From contig PLYJ01000033.1 in assembly GCA_003151745.1 (NCBI GenBank), forward strand, positions 1-61,380: 61,380 nucleotides of DNA, given 5' to 3'. Positions 50,792-60,310 of this stretch are shown in pieces. The translations under genes were made by a program, and so were the position numbers. The stretch is from Bacteroidota bacterium (lineage in GTDB: Bacteria > Bacteroidota > Bacteroidia > AKYH767-A > 2013-40CM-41-45). Under the pieces are notes generated by a model, which did no database searches, was not told the origin of the DNA, and saw only the letters and a list, made by a program, of their open reading frames with translations. Position 1 is the stretch's first letter. Every line of letters begins with the position of its first letter.

Positions 50792-52096
50792 ATGAAATAC
50801 CTGCCAATAGACAAAAAGTTATTTATTGAGAACCGCAAACGTTTTACGGCTCACCTCCAAAAAGACTCCGTTGCCATTTTTAACAGCAATGATGAGATGC
50901 CGCGCAATGGTGATAATAATTTCCCTTTTCGTCAGAACTCTGATTTGTTCTGGCTTAGCGGTATTGACCAGGAACAAACAGTGCTGGTCATCGCTCCCGA
51001 ACATCCGTTACCTGAATATCGCGAAGCTCTTTTTCTCCGCAAAACAAACGAACACATCGTAATATGGGAAGGCCATAAATACACGAAGGAAGAAGCCCGC
51101 GCTGCATCGGGTGTGCAGCATGTATATTGGATTGAAGACCTGAAGGCTATGCTGCCGGTGATCATACATCATTCTAAAACCATTTATATTAACCTGAATG
51201 AGAACGACCGTTTTTCCACTGAAATCGTTTACCGCGATGAACGCTTTGCACAAGAGTTGCGCGCTAAATATCCTAACCATCATTATGAACGCTCCGGGAC
51301 TATCCTGGCTAAGCTTCGTGCAATTAAGTCGGATGCAGAGATTCAACAACTGAGCATTGCCTGTGATATTACGGATAAGGCATTCAGAAGGGTGTTGAAA
51401 TTTGTTAAGCCAGGCGTGATGGAGTATGAGATTGAAGCAGAAGTTACGCATGAATTTATTCGCAACCGCGCGAACGGACATGGTTACACTCCCATCATTG
51501 CAAGCGGAGCAAACGCTAATGTGCTTCATTATATTCAGAACAACAACGAATGCAAAAGCGGCGAAGTGGTATTGCTTGATTTCGGTGCAGAGTATGCTAA
51601 TTACTCTGCGGATATGACGCGCAGCATCCCGGTGAACGGCAAATTCACCAAGCGGCAAAAAGAAGTTTACAATGCTGTGCTCAAGGTGGTGCGTGAGGCA
51701 ATTAAAATGCTTGTTATCGGGAATACGATTCCGAAATATCATGAAGAAGTTGGCAGGATAATGGAGCAGGAACTATGCGGGTTAGGTTTACTGAAAGCCG
51801 AAGAAGTTAAAAAGCAGGATCCCAAACAACCTTTATATAAGAAATATTTCATGCATGGCACCTCTCATTTTCTTGGTCTTGATGTGCATGACATCGGTAA
51901 TCGTTATGAACCAATGATGGCAGGTATGGTTTTCACCTGCGAACCGGGCATTTATATTCCTGAAGAGAGTTTAGGCATCCGCATTGAGAATGATATTCTT
52001 ATCACAGAAAAGGGGCCAGTTGATTTGATGGCTAAGATTCCTATGGAGGCGGAGGAGATTGAAGAGATGATGGGGAAGCGCGCTGTTGCAGTTTAA
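50792..52096 (+). CDS. pepP: Xaa-Pro aminopeptidase
   Basis: HFLGLDVHD, EPGIY and GIRIEND. Confidence 0.93.
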   Translation: MKYLPIDKKLFIENRKRFTAHLQKDSVAIFNSNDEMPRNGDNNFPFRQNSDLFWLSGIDQEQTVLVIAPEHPLPEYREALFLRKTNEHIVIWEGHKYTKEEARAASGVQHVYWIEDLKAMLPVIIHHSKTIYINLNENDRFSTEIVYRDERFAQELRAKYPNHHYERSGTILAKLRAIKSDAEIQQLSIACDITDKAFRRVLKFVKPGVMEYEIEAEVTHEFIRNRANGHGYTPIIASGANANVLHYIQNNNECKSGEVVLLDFGAEYANYSADMTRSIPVNGKFTKRQKEVYNAVLKVVREAIKMLVIGNTIPKYHEEVGRIMEQELCGLGLLKAEEVKKQDPKQPLYKKYFMHGTSHFLGLDVHDIGNRYEPMMAGMVFTCEPGIYIPEESLGIRIENDILITEKGPVDLMAKIPMEAEEIEEMMGKRAVAV

Positions 52097-52168
52097 GGTT
52101 CGAAGTTTGAAGTCTAAAGTTAGGGTGAGCGTAATCTCAAACTTCAAACCTCAAACAATTTATTTTTT

Positions 52169-52660
52169 ATGAAATCACTCCTTCTCAATTACACCAACTA
52201 TAATGTTTGGGCTAATGATCGTATCATCACTTTCCTGAAAGATAATGTAAGCGATGAACAATTAGACAAAGAAATCGTCAGCAGCTTTCCGTCACTTCGC
52301 AAAACATTATTTCATATTTGGGATGCAGAAGGCATCTGGCTTGCCAGATTAAATGGCAACTCATCCTCTTTGGGTTCAAGTCATGGCTTCAACGGAAATA
52401 CCGAAGACGGTTACAGTGCAATTCTTTCCAACTCAAAAAAATTCGTTGCACTCGTTGAAGCGAAAGAAGAAACATATTTTCAACAACTTTTGCTTTACGC
52501 AAATATTAAAGGTGATAAGTTTGAAAACATTATTCATGATGCTATACAACATTGCATGAATCACAGCACCTTTCATCGCGGACAGATTATCATGATGCTT
52601 CGTCAGCTTGGGTTCACCAAACTATTTGCAACTGACTACATAGCTTTTCGGAGACAATAA
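52169..52660 (+). CDS. DinB family protein
   Basis: YNVWAN, HIWDAE and NHSTFHRGQ. Confidence 0.9.
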   Translation: MKSLLLNYTNYNVWANDRIITFLKDNVSDEQLDKEIVSSFPSLRKTLFHIWDAEGIWLARLNGNSSSLGSSHGFNGNTEDGYSAILSNSKKFVALVEAKEETYFQQLLLYANIKGDKFENIIHDAIQHCMNHSTFHRGQIIMMLRQLGFTKLFATDYIAFRRQ

Positions 52661-52666
52661 AGATGT

Positions 52667-53365
52667 TTAATCTTTGAGGTAAGGAATAAGCATCTTTTTC
52701 CAAATATCATATCCGAAGGCGTTTATGTGCACACCGTCAAAGCTTAAATGAGGATCAAGAGCGTTGTCTTTTACAAAGTGATCATACAAATTAATATATG
52801 TAACATCATATCTTTGAGCGAGCTTTTTTAATTGCTCATTCTGTTCCCTTACAATTTTATTTAAAGCATCACAAGAGGTAAAAAAGCTCTTTCTCAATAC
52901 CGGCAGATTCGATTGAATATAAATTTTAGTTTTCGGAGATTCTGTTTTTATCCGTTTAATAATCTTCTCGTAGTTTTCATTGATCTCGTCCGTCGAAACC
53001 TTTTCAAAGATGTCATTAATTCCAATCTCGATGAAGAGCTTTCCTGGTTGAAGAGAAATTACTTCGTCTATGCGCTTCAACAGCCCTTCTGTAAAGTCGC
53101 CTCTTATGCCCCGGTTAATAATAGAAGAATCACCAAATATAGAGAGGTTAAAAGACTCCGTGAGGCTATTTCCAAAAAAAACAATTCCTCCTTTTGTTCT
53201 TGGTTCCTTCAAAAAGCCATTATACCTGCTAACCCAGTAATTTGATGAAAGTGTTTCTGCTATCGCATGGCGCATAGTAATATTCCTGTATATTTTTAAT
53301 CCCGCTATTGCAAGTACGATTAAAACAAGAAGAAATAATAAAATTCTTTTATACAGGAATCTCAT
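52667..53365 (-). CDS. GDSL/SGNH hydrolase
   Basis: GNSLT, NRGI.GD, GIND and DGVH. Confidence 0.9.
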   Translation of the reverse strand: MRFLYKRILLFLLVLIVLAIAGLKIYRNITMRHAIAETLSSNYWVSRYNGFLKEPRTKGGIVFFGNSLTESFNLSIFGDSSIINRGIRGDFTEGLLKRIDEVISLQPGKLFIEIGINDIFEKVSTDEINENYEKIIKRIKTESPKTKIYIQSNLPVLRKSFFTSCDALNKIVREQNEQLKKLAQRYDVTYINLYDHFVKDNALDPHLSFDGVHINAFGYDIWKKMLIPYLKD

Positions 53366-53441
53366 GGAGAGATTTAAGAGTAAATGAAAGTAAGCAAGGT
53401 AATTGAGGTTATTTAAAAATGCTAAAAGAAAGTAACCTCAA

Positions 53442-54461
53442 TCACAATGAAGTAAACTGCTTCAAAAACCTCACATCATTCTCTGAAAAAATCCTGAGAT
53501 CATTGATTTGATAACGGAGCATGGCTATACGCTCAATGCCCATACCAAAAGCGAAGCCTGAATATTTCTTTGAATCAATCTTGCAATTTTCAAGCACGTT
53601 GGGATGAACCATGCCGCAACCGAGTATCTCTACCCATCCGCTGTACTTGCACACATTGCATCCTTTGCCTCCGCAGATGTTGCAGGAAATATCCATCTCA
53701 GCGCTTGGCTCAGTGAATGGAAAGTAAGACGGTCGAAAACGCACCTGTGTTTTTTCGTCAAACATTTGCTGAGCGAAGTAATAAAGTGTTTGCTTAAGAT
53801 CAGCAAATGAAACTCCTTCATCAACATACAAGCCTTCTATTTGATGAAAGAAGCAATGAGCACGCGCTGAGATAGCTTCATTGCGATACACGAGACCGGG
53901 AGCAAGTATGCGTATAGGTGGCTTTGTCGTTTCCATCACACGAACCTGCACGGATGAAGTGTGTGTGCGTAATGCAATGTCAGGATTTTTCTCAATGAAA
54001 AACGTATCCTGCATATCGCGTGCCGGATGATTGTCAGGAAAATTGAGAGCGGAGAAGTTGTGCCAGTCGTCTTCAATTTCCGGACCGTAAGCAACTGTGT
54101 AACCAATGCGACCGAAGATATCAATGATATCTCTGCGTACAATTGAAAGCGGATGACGGGCACCTAATTCATTCGGTTCACCGGGCAAAGTGAAATCAAT
54201 ATCTGCCTCTCCTGTATCACTTGAGGATTCCAGTTCTTCGGCACCGATGCGAAGCTTTTCCTCTGCCTTATTCTTTAGTTCATTTACCCATTTACCAACA
54301 TCCTTTCGTAATGCCGGCTCAATGGATTTCATTTCAGAGAAAACTTCTGCAAGTATTCCTTTCTTGCTTAGAAATTTCAAACGGAAACTCTCAAGCTGTT
54401 CCTTCGATTCGACACGGAACGCATCTACTTCTTCAATAAGATGCTTTATTTTCTCTTCCAT
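53442..54461 (-). CDS. pheS: Phenylalanine--tRNA ligase alpha subunit
   Basis: HPARDMQDTF, YFPFTEPS and GFAFGMGIER; start at ATG 54461. Confidence 0.98.
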   Translation of the reverse strand: MEEKIKHLIEEVDAFRVESKEQLESFRLKFLSKKGILAEVFSEMKSIEPALRKDVGKWVNELKNKAEEKLRIGAEELESSSDTGEADIDFTLPGEPNELGARHPLSIVRRDIIDIFGRIGYTVAYGPEIEDDWHNFSALNFPDNHPARDMQDTFFIEKNPDIALRTHTSSVQVRVMETTKPPIRILAPGLVYRNEAISARAHCFFHQIEGLYVDEGVSFADLKQTLYYFAQQMFDEKTQVRFRPSYFPFTEPSAEMDISCNICGGKGCNVCKYSGWVEILGCGMVHPNVLENCKIDSKKYSGFAFGMGIERIAMLRYQINDLRIFSENDVRFLKQFTSL

Positions 54462-54470
54462 TCTGACCTT

Positions 54471-54537
54471 GTCATTGCGAACGAAGTGAAGCAATCCCCA
54501 ACTATGAGATGAGGATGGCTTCGTTCCTGGCCATGAC
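54471..54537. repeat. REP/RPE-like palindromic element
   Basis: gtcattgcga..gaagcaatcc ... ggatggcttc..tggccatgac, with nested stems. Confidence 0.75.
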
Positions 54538-54550
54538 GCTTTAAACTTGT

Positions 54551-55237
54551 TTATTTAATCACCTTTACCGTCATCCAAACATCTTTCACAGGGCGGTCGC
54601 CTGGTGCAGTTTGTACGGCAGCGATCTTGTCAATGACATCTAATCCTTCAACCACCTGACCATACACCGTGTAGTTGCGATCAAGGAAAGGCACGCCTCC
54701 GACAGTCTTATATTCATTACGCTGCTTTTCGGAATATTTGAAATTACCGCGTTGTTCTATTGAGTTAAGGTCTGCATCTGTCTGCACTTTTCCCTGCACA
54801 ATATAAAACTGGCAGCCGCTGGATGCCTTTGTTGGATTCTCTGTTCGTGCAGCACAAAGCGCCCCTTTCTTATGAATAAGCGAATCATTAAATTCAGCGG
54901 GAATGGTATAACCGATGTCTCCCCCGCCCAACTGCTGTCCTGCAGGTGCATTCTTACTTTGCGGATCACCGCCTTGTATCATAAACCCTTTAATAACGCG
55001 GTGAAATAATAAGCTGTCGTAAAATCCTTTTTCTGTGATCTTGATAAAATTATCACGATGCTGAGGCGTCAGATCGTATAATTTCACCTTCATATCCCCA
55101 TAAGCGGTATGGATTAAAACCATTCTTGCTTTCCCGGAAGCATCCTTTTTTGCAACATTTGTTGCAGTTTTAGCATTTTGTCCGTAACTTGCTACCGCAA
55201 ACAGCAGTAACAAGGGTAATAAAATCTTTTTTATCAT
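54551..55237 (-). CDS. Cyclophilin-type peptidylprolyl isomerase
   Basis: FHRVIKGFMIQGGDP; signal peptide. Confidence 0.95.
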   Translation of the reverse strand: MIKKILLPLLLLFAVASYGQNAKTATNVAKKDASGKARMVLIHTAYGDMKVKLYDLTPQHRDNFIKITEKGFYDSLLFHRVIKGFMIQGGDPQSKNAPAGQQLGGGDIGYTIPAEFNDSLIHKKGALCAARTENPTKASSGCQFYIVQGKVQTDADLNSIEQRGNFKYSEKQRNEYKTVGGVPFLDRNYTVYGQVVEGLDVIDKIAAVQTAPGDRPVKDVWMTVKVIK

Positions 55238-55354
55238 ATACTTTTACGTTTAAATTTGGTGGCTTTTTTTGATGGGGCAATATTAATTATTTTATTGATT
55301 CCCTTTTCAAATAGTTAAGCAAGTTCATTCATTCTTAATATCACTCATAAAAAC

Positions 55355-55708
55355 ATGAAAAGGAGTTTATTTGTCATTGTGCTCGTCGCTATCATCTACT
55401 GTGGAACAACCCTCACTTCCTGCAAGAAAAACGGGCCCACTGTAGCTTCCATCACTGTGCTTGACACTCTTGGCCTTTCTGTTCCCCTTGCCACGGTTAC
55501 CCTTTGGCAGGATACGGCACACAATACTGTTACGGGAGCTCAGAGTACAGTTCGCGTAAGCGGAACTACCGGCGCAAACGGCAACGTCCAATTTACTTTT
55601 GCAAACGAAGCCTTTTTGAATATTTGGGCCATTAGAGGCATTGACACTGCCTTCGGTTTTATCCGGCTTGTTCAATATCAAACGACTCCGGCAACTGTTC
55701 GCTTTTAA
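55355..55708 (+). CDS. Putative lipoprotein
   Basis: Hydrophobic leader followed by LTSCKK. Confidence 0.78.
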   Translation: MKRSLFVIVLVAIIYCGTTLTSCKKNGPTVASITVLDTLGLSVPLATVTLWQDTAHNTVTGAQSTVRVSGTTGANGNVQFTFANEAFLNIWAIRGIDTAFGFIRLVQYQTTPATVRF

Positions 55709-56052
55709 ATTTCCTTTTCAAAATACTCAATCACTGCCTGTTTCAAAAGTGTATCCTGTTCACGCAACGTTAGCGGAGGCAGTTGCTTTAAGAGTGCCCA
55801 ATGCGGCCATCCATCCTGGTCTTTTCCTTCCAATGCATAATAGCCAAACTGACTTAACAGCTTGCATGTAGCAATGTGCATGAGGTCTTGCTTTTCGTCC
55901 TTACTGAATTTCTGCGGACCTCTTCCTAATTCCTGAACACCAATCAGGAAGATGACAGCCTGCAAATCAGGCTCCTCTCCAAAATCATCTGCAAGCCGCA
56001 TTACTAATGCTCTCCACTTATCTTTAAAAATAGCTAATTCTACTGCATCCAT
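55705..56052 (-). CDS. Hypothetical protein of a type typical in Bacteroidota
   Basis: LIGVQELG, KDEKQDLMH and DGWPHW. Confidence 0.8.
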   Translation of the reverse strand: MDAVELAIFKDKWRALVMRLADDFGEEPDLQAVIFLIGVQELGRGPQKFSKDEKQDLMHIATCKLLSQFGYYALEGKDQDGWPHWALLKQLPPLTLREQDTLLKQAVIEYFEKEI

Positions 56053-56140
56053 TCTGAAAGCAAAATTACCATAATATCTCCGAATTGTTTATTGCAGTAT
56101 TTTCGCGCCTTTGATTAAACGCACAGATAGCAATCTTCAA

Positions 56141-56857
56141 ATGTCAAGTTGGAATAAATGGATTTTAGGAAGTTTAGGCTGGGCTTTAGGTGGTCCGATT
56201 GGAGGCATATTGGGCTTTGCTTTAGGTGCCATTTCAGAAGATGCAACCAAATCATATAAACCGGACACTAAGGCGCTCCCTAATGATTTCAGCGCTGCCA
56301 TGCTGGTATTATGCGCTGCGGTAATGAAAGCTGATAACCGCATACTCAAGTCAGAATTGGATTATGTGCGCCAGTTTTTTATCCGTCAATTCGGTTCCGC
56401 TATTGCAGGCAACATGATGCTTTTACTAAGGGAACTCCTCAAGCAGGATATTCCTGTTGCCGAGGTCTGTACACAGATAAAGCAAAATGTTGATCTCTCT
56501 TCCCGTCTTCAATTATTGCATCTGCTCTTTGGTGTTGCAGCAGCAGATGGCAATGTTAATAATGAGGAAACATCCACAATCCGTCAAATTGCTTACCTGC
56601 TTGGTATTTCAGAAAGGGATTACGTGAGAATACAAAGCATGTTTGTGCAAGACGATAACGCTGCGTATAAAATACTTGAAATTGACAAGTCTGCATCTGA
56701 TGATGACGTAAAGAAAGCCTACCGAAAGATGGCCATGAAATATCATCCCGATAAAGTTTATAATCTTGGCGCAGACTATCAGAAAGATGCGCAGGAAAAG
56801 TTTAAGAAGATCAACGAAGCTTACGAACAAATTAAAAAGAAGCGGGGAATTAATTAG
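56141..56857 (+). CDS. djlA: DjlA-like TerB + DnaJ domain protein
   Basis: GGPIGG TM segment, TerB-like middle region and an HPD J-domain. Confidence 0.85.
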   Translation: MSSWNKWILGSLGWALGGPIGGILGFALGAISEDATKSYKPDTKALPNDFSAAMLVLCAAVMKADNRILKSELDYVRQFFIRQFGSAIAGNMMLLLRELLKQDIPVAEVCTQIKQNVDLSSRLQLLHLLFGVAAADGNVNNEETSTIRQIAYLLGISERDYVRIQSMFVQDDNAAYKILEIDKSASDDDVKKAYRKMAMKYHPDKVYNLGADYQKDAQEKFKKINEAYEQIKKKRGIN

Positions 56858-56997
56858 GTTTACGGTTTACAAGTTTACAGTTTACGGTTCGCACGGAACA
56901 AGATCACAACTAATAACGTAAACCTTGCAATAGGGCTGTGACAGTCAATCAAGCACAAACTGTAAACTTGTAAACCGCAAACCGTAAACTGTCTTAT

Positions 56998-57507
56998 ATG
57001 AATACATTCGACATCATCGTTATCATTCTGCTGCTTGTCGGCGCAGTGCGCGGCTTCATGAAAGGCTTTGTGTATGAAATAGCAACGCTTGGCTCGCTTT
57101 TTCTTGGAATATTCGTCGCGTTTAAGCTGGCATACCTTGCCCAACCTACGCTTCGCAAGATCGGAAATATGGATCCGCATTTACTGGCAGTCCTTTCATT
57201 TATATTAATGTTCCTGGCTGTGGTTGTTGGCATGTATTTTCTGGCTAAGCTGTTTACATCCCTTATTGATAAAGCAGGGCTTGGTATTTTTAATAAGCTG
57301 ATGGGCGCATTGTTCGGCATATTGAAGTTTGCATTCATCATCAGCATACTCATTTATTTCTTTAACCACTTCAACGAAAAGCATCATTACGTTTCGCAGG
57401 AGAAGAAATCAATGTCAAAACTATATCAACCCATTGCTGATATTGCGCCTGCCATATTACCTGTGCTGAAAGAGGCAAGAGAAAAAGTGGAAAAGAAATT
57501 AGAGTAA
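56998..57507 (+). CDS. cvpA: CvpA family membrane protein
   Basis: RGFMKGFVYE and NKLMGALFG. Confidence 0.88.
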   Translation: MNTFDIIVIILLLVGAVRGFMKGFVYEIATLGSLFLGIFVAFKLAYLAQPTLRKIGNMDPHLLAVLSFILMFLAVVVGMYFLAKLFTSLIDKAGLGIFNKLMGALFGILKFAFIISILIYFFNHFNEKHHYVSQEKKSMSKLYQPIADIAPAILPVLKEAREKVEKKLE

Positions 57508-57513
57508 GAGGAA

Positions 57514-58179
57514 ATGAAGAAGTACGCAATCATCGTGGCAGGAGGCAGTGGAACACGTATGTCCTCAAAATTGCCAAAGCAATTTATGAAGGTTGCTGGC
57601 AAACCTTTGCTTATGCATACCATTCAGCGTTTTTATGAAGCAGACAAGTCTGCTTTAATTATAGTTGTCCTTCCAAAGGAATATATAAAGGAATGGGATA
57701 AGTTGATTCATAAATTTAAAAGTCTTATCCCTCATGTAGTTATTGAAGGAGGCAGCACGCGTTTTCAATCTGTGAAAAACGGATTATCGCTTGTAAAAGA
57801 GAAGGGCATTGTAGCCGTGCATGATGGTGTGCGCCCGCTGGCAAGCAAGGCGCTCATCAATAAATGTTTTAATGAAGCAAATAAAAAAGGCAACGCTATT
57901 CCTGCTATTCCTTTAAATGAATCTTTGAGGAAGACTTCAGGAGGAAGAAGCGAAGTCGTTGATCGCTCCTCCTACTCTATCATCCAAACGCCGCAATGCT
58001 TTCTTTCTGAAATTATATTAAAAGCGTATCAGCAACGTTTCAAAAAATCATTTACTGATGATGCAACAGTAGTTGAGAGCATTGGTAAAAAAATTCACCT
58101 CGTTGAAGGCGAGCGAGAAAACATCAAGATCACCTTTTCTGTTGATCTTAAAATAGCGGAACTGTTTTTAAAGAAATAA
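57514..58179 (+). CDS. ispD: 2-C-methyl-D-erythritol 4-phosphate cytidylyltransferase
   Basis: AGGSGTRM, PKQF, HDGVRP, QTPQ and NIKIT. Confidence 0.96.
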   Translation: MKKYAIIVAGGSGTRMSSKLPKQFMKVAGKPLLMHTIQRFYEADKSALIIVVLPKEYIKEWDKLIHKFKSLIPHVVIEGGSTRFQSVKNGLSLVKEKGIVAVHDGVRPLASKALINKCFNEANKKGNAIPAIPLNESLRKTSGGRSEVVDRSSYSIIQTPQCFLSEIILKAYQQRFKKSFTDDATVVESIGKKIHLVEGERENIKITFSVDLKIAELFLKK

Positions 58180-58182
58180 ATG

Positions 58183-58263
58183 GAACGCGGATTTTCATGA
58201 TGGTTATGATTTACGCGGATAAGAAATCATAATTTATCATAATCATCATAAAAATCCGCGTTC
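58183..58263. repeat. 81-bp palindromic element, GAACGCGG family
   Basis: Close match to 12913-12993. Confidence 0.93.
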
Positions 58264-58299
58264 AATCTTTCCTGAATCACGACATCGATGATCTTGATT

Positions 58300-58646
58300 T
58301 TTTAAGTTTTTTATATTCAGAAGCATGCCAACTTCAATTTCTGTTGCCTTGAGGTAATTGATTAGCTGGGCTTCATGTGGCTCGCAAAGTGCCTCCGCAG
58401 CTTTTACTTCAATAATGACACAATTATTTAAATTATATCTGCAACATAAAATCTAACCTCAGCATCTGCATAATAAACTTTGATTTGCTGTTACGCTAAA
58501 ACAAGAAGTCCCAGGTTTCGCAATTCAATAACTAATGCATTCTCATAAACCTTCTCCAAAAAACCATATCCCAACGTGTTATACACATTGTAATATGCTT
58601 TAATAATCAAATCCGTAATTTCTGAATGAACAAAATTATATTTCAT
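58300..58646 (-). pseudogene. GxxExxY (PD-(D/E)xK-like) protein pseudogene, absent from the ORF track
   Basis: Manual translation: MKYNFVHSEITDLIIKAYYNVYNTLGYGFLEKVYENAL...*...ADII / NNCVIIEVKAAEALCEPHEAQLINYLKATEIEVGMLLN. Stop at 58491-58493, frameshift near 58430. Confidence 0.9.
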
Positions 58647-58649
58647 AAC

Positions 58650-58679
58650 AAATCATAATCATCATGAAAATCCGCGTTC
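58650..58679. repeat. Half GAACGCGG element just before the GxxExxY start codon
   Basis: Minus strand reads gaacgcggattttcatgatgattatgattt-gtt-ATG. Confidence 0.9.
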
Positions 58680-58692
58680 TATTTTTTTAGAA

Positions 58693-59574
58693 TCACGATT
58701 CAGATCTTTTGATGATTGGCAATACTCCCGCCATTTCACCGATCACGTTAATTAATTCCTTATCAGAGGGAACAATGATCTTGGAGTTATTACTAAGAGC
58801 TGTTTCCAGCGCCTCCAGCTTGCGGAGGGTTTGTGCATTACCTACAAAATACTTTTCAGCCGCTTCATTCACGAGGGCAATTGCCTGAGCTTCACCTTCT
58901 GCTTCCAATATCTTTGCCTGGCGGATACCTTCCGCTTTCTTGATCTCTGCACGCTTTTCTCCGTCAGCTCGGGTTTCAACAGCAGTTGCAAAATCAACGG
59001 CAGCGACTTTTTCATTTTCCGCCTTCACAATTTTATTCATTGTTTCCTGCACATCCTTGGGAGGATCTATTTCCTTCAATTCCGTACGCACGATTTCCAC
59101 ACCCCAGCCGGCAGTTTCCTCAATCAACGTGGTATATAAGTTTTTATTTATCCTGCCGCGCTCGCTGTTGGCGCTTTTCAGCGTCATGGTGCCGATGATG
59201 TTGCGTAGCGTAGTGCGCGCCAGGTTCACAATCTGGTAGTTGATGATGTTTACGTTGTACTGTGAATTCTTCACGCTCTCCTCGTCAGGACGGATTTTAA
59301 AATACACCTGTGCATCCACGCTGGCATTCAGATTATCGTTGGTGATGATTTCCTGTTTTTCGGCATTGATCATCTGCTCGGTAGTATTGATCTGGTACAT
59401 GCGGTCAATGAAAGGAATGATCCAGTGAAAGCCGGGTTCAGCATAATGATGGTATTTTCCTAAGCGCTCAATCAAGGCGCGATGCGTGGGGCGCACAATG
59501 CGCGCGCCAAGAAAGAATAAAACGATAAGCCCGATAATGATTGGGGTTATTCCAAGTGTTGTTTGAGAATCCAT
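58693..59574 (-). CDS. SPFH / band 7 domain protein
   Basis: N-terminal TM segment, ERLGKY..PG, ARTTLRNIIG and AE-rich coiled coil. Confidence 0.93.
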   Translation of the reverse strand: MDSQTTLGITPIIIGLIVLFFLGARIVRPTHRALIERLGKYHHYAEPGFHWIIPFIDRMYQINTTEQMINAEKQEIITNDNLNASVDAQVYFKIRPDEESVKNSQYNVNIINYQIVNLARTTLRNIIGTMTLKSANSERGRINKNLYTTLIEETAGWGVEIVRTELKEIDPPKDVQETMNKIVKAENEKVAAVDFATAVETRADGEKRAEIKKAEGIRQAKILEAEGEAQAIALVNEAAEKYFVGNAQTLRKLEALETALSNNSKIIVPSDKELINVIGEMAGVLPIIKRSES

Positions 59575-59694
59575 AGTGAATTGTTTTTTGTAAATGTAGG
59601 ATAAATTTTAAGAGTCAAAGATCAGTCGTGTAAATAGAAAAAATCCTGATACAGTATAAACAGATATCAGGACGTGATTTCACAAACGCTATGT

Positions 59695-59955
59695 TTATGA
59701 ATAATGTCCATGACAAGATACAATAGTAATATTTTCGTCGGTGATTTTATATATAAGACGATGCTCGTCTGTGATTCTTCGACTCCAATAACCCTTCCAA
59801 TTTCCTTTGAGGGGTTCAGGCTTTCCGATGCCTTTAAAAGGATCACGCGAAATATCTATTATGAGTTCATTGATTTTACCAAACACTTTTTTGTTTTGCG
59901 TACTCCACTCCACATAATCCTTAAATGCGGTGGGGAAAAAGAGAACTGATCTCAT
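59695..59955 (-). CDS. yoeB: Txe/YoeB family toxin
   Basis: GIGKPEPLK, WSRRITDEHRL and GHY end. Confidence 0.95.
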   Translation of the reverse strand: MRSVLFFPTAFKDYVEWSTQNKKVFGKINELIIDISRDPFKGIGKPEPLKGNWKGYWSRRITDEHRLIYKITDENITIVSCHGHYS

Positions 59956-59957
59956 TC

Positions 59958-60227
59958 TTACTGTTTAGATACAGCTTTTGCAAACGCTTCAAACTCCTGT
60001 CCTGTAAATGAAATGAGATTAGCAGAACCGCTTTCAATCTCAGCAATCGCTTTATCAATACGGGCTTTGACTTGCTTAGGGGCTTCCTTCCGTAATGATG
60101 CAGATGCTTTTTTCGTTGATAGATTTATACTGATATTATTAAAGCCTTTTGTTTTTATTAGATTTCGCAACATCTCAAGAACATGCTCATTTAATTCATT
60201 TGGCTTTAATGTGATGGTCGTTTCCAT
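59958..60227 (-). CDS. Putative antitoxin
   Basis: 89 aa, ending 2 bp before yoeB. Confidence 0.65.
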   Translation of the reverse strand: METTITLKPNELNEHVLEMLRNLIKTKGFNNISINLSTKKASASLRKEAPKQVKARIDKAIAEIESGSANLISFTGQEFEAFAKAVSKQ

Positions 60228-60310
60228 AATTGATAAAATTTTATCTTACAAAGATATGAAACCCGGTTTATTACTAAAAACCCAGGTTTATAAAACCTGT
60301 TGCGGGGCAG

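Noticed and set aside
38848-54494. N-terminal extensions in the ORF track for gmk, arsC, the flippase-like gene and pheS
   Set aside because: They come from upstream repeat elements or leaders. Downstream ATGs fit the expected protein starts.
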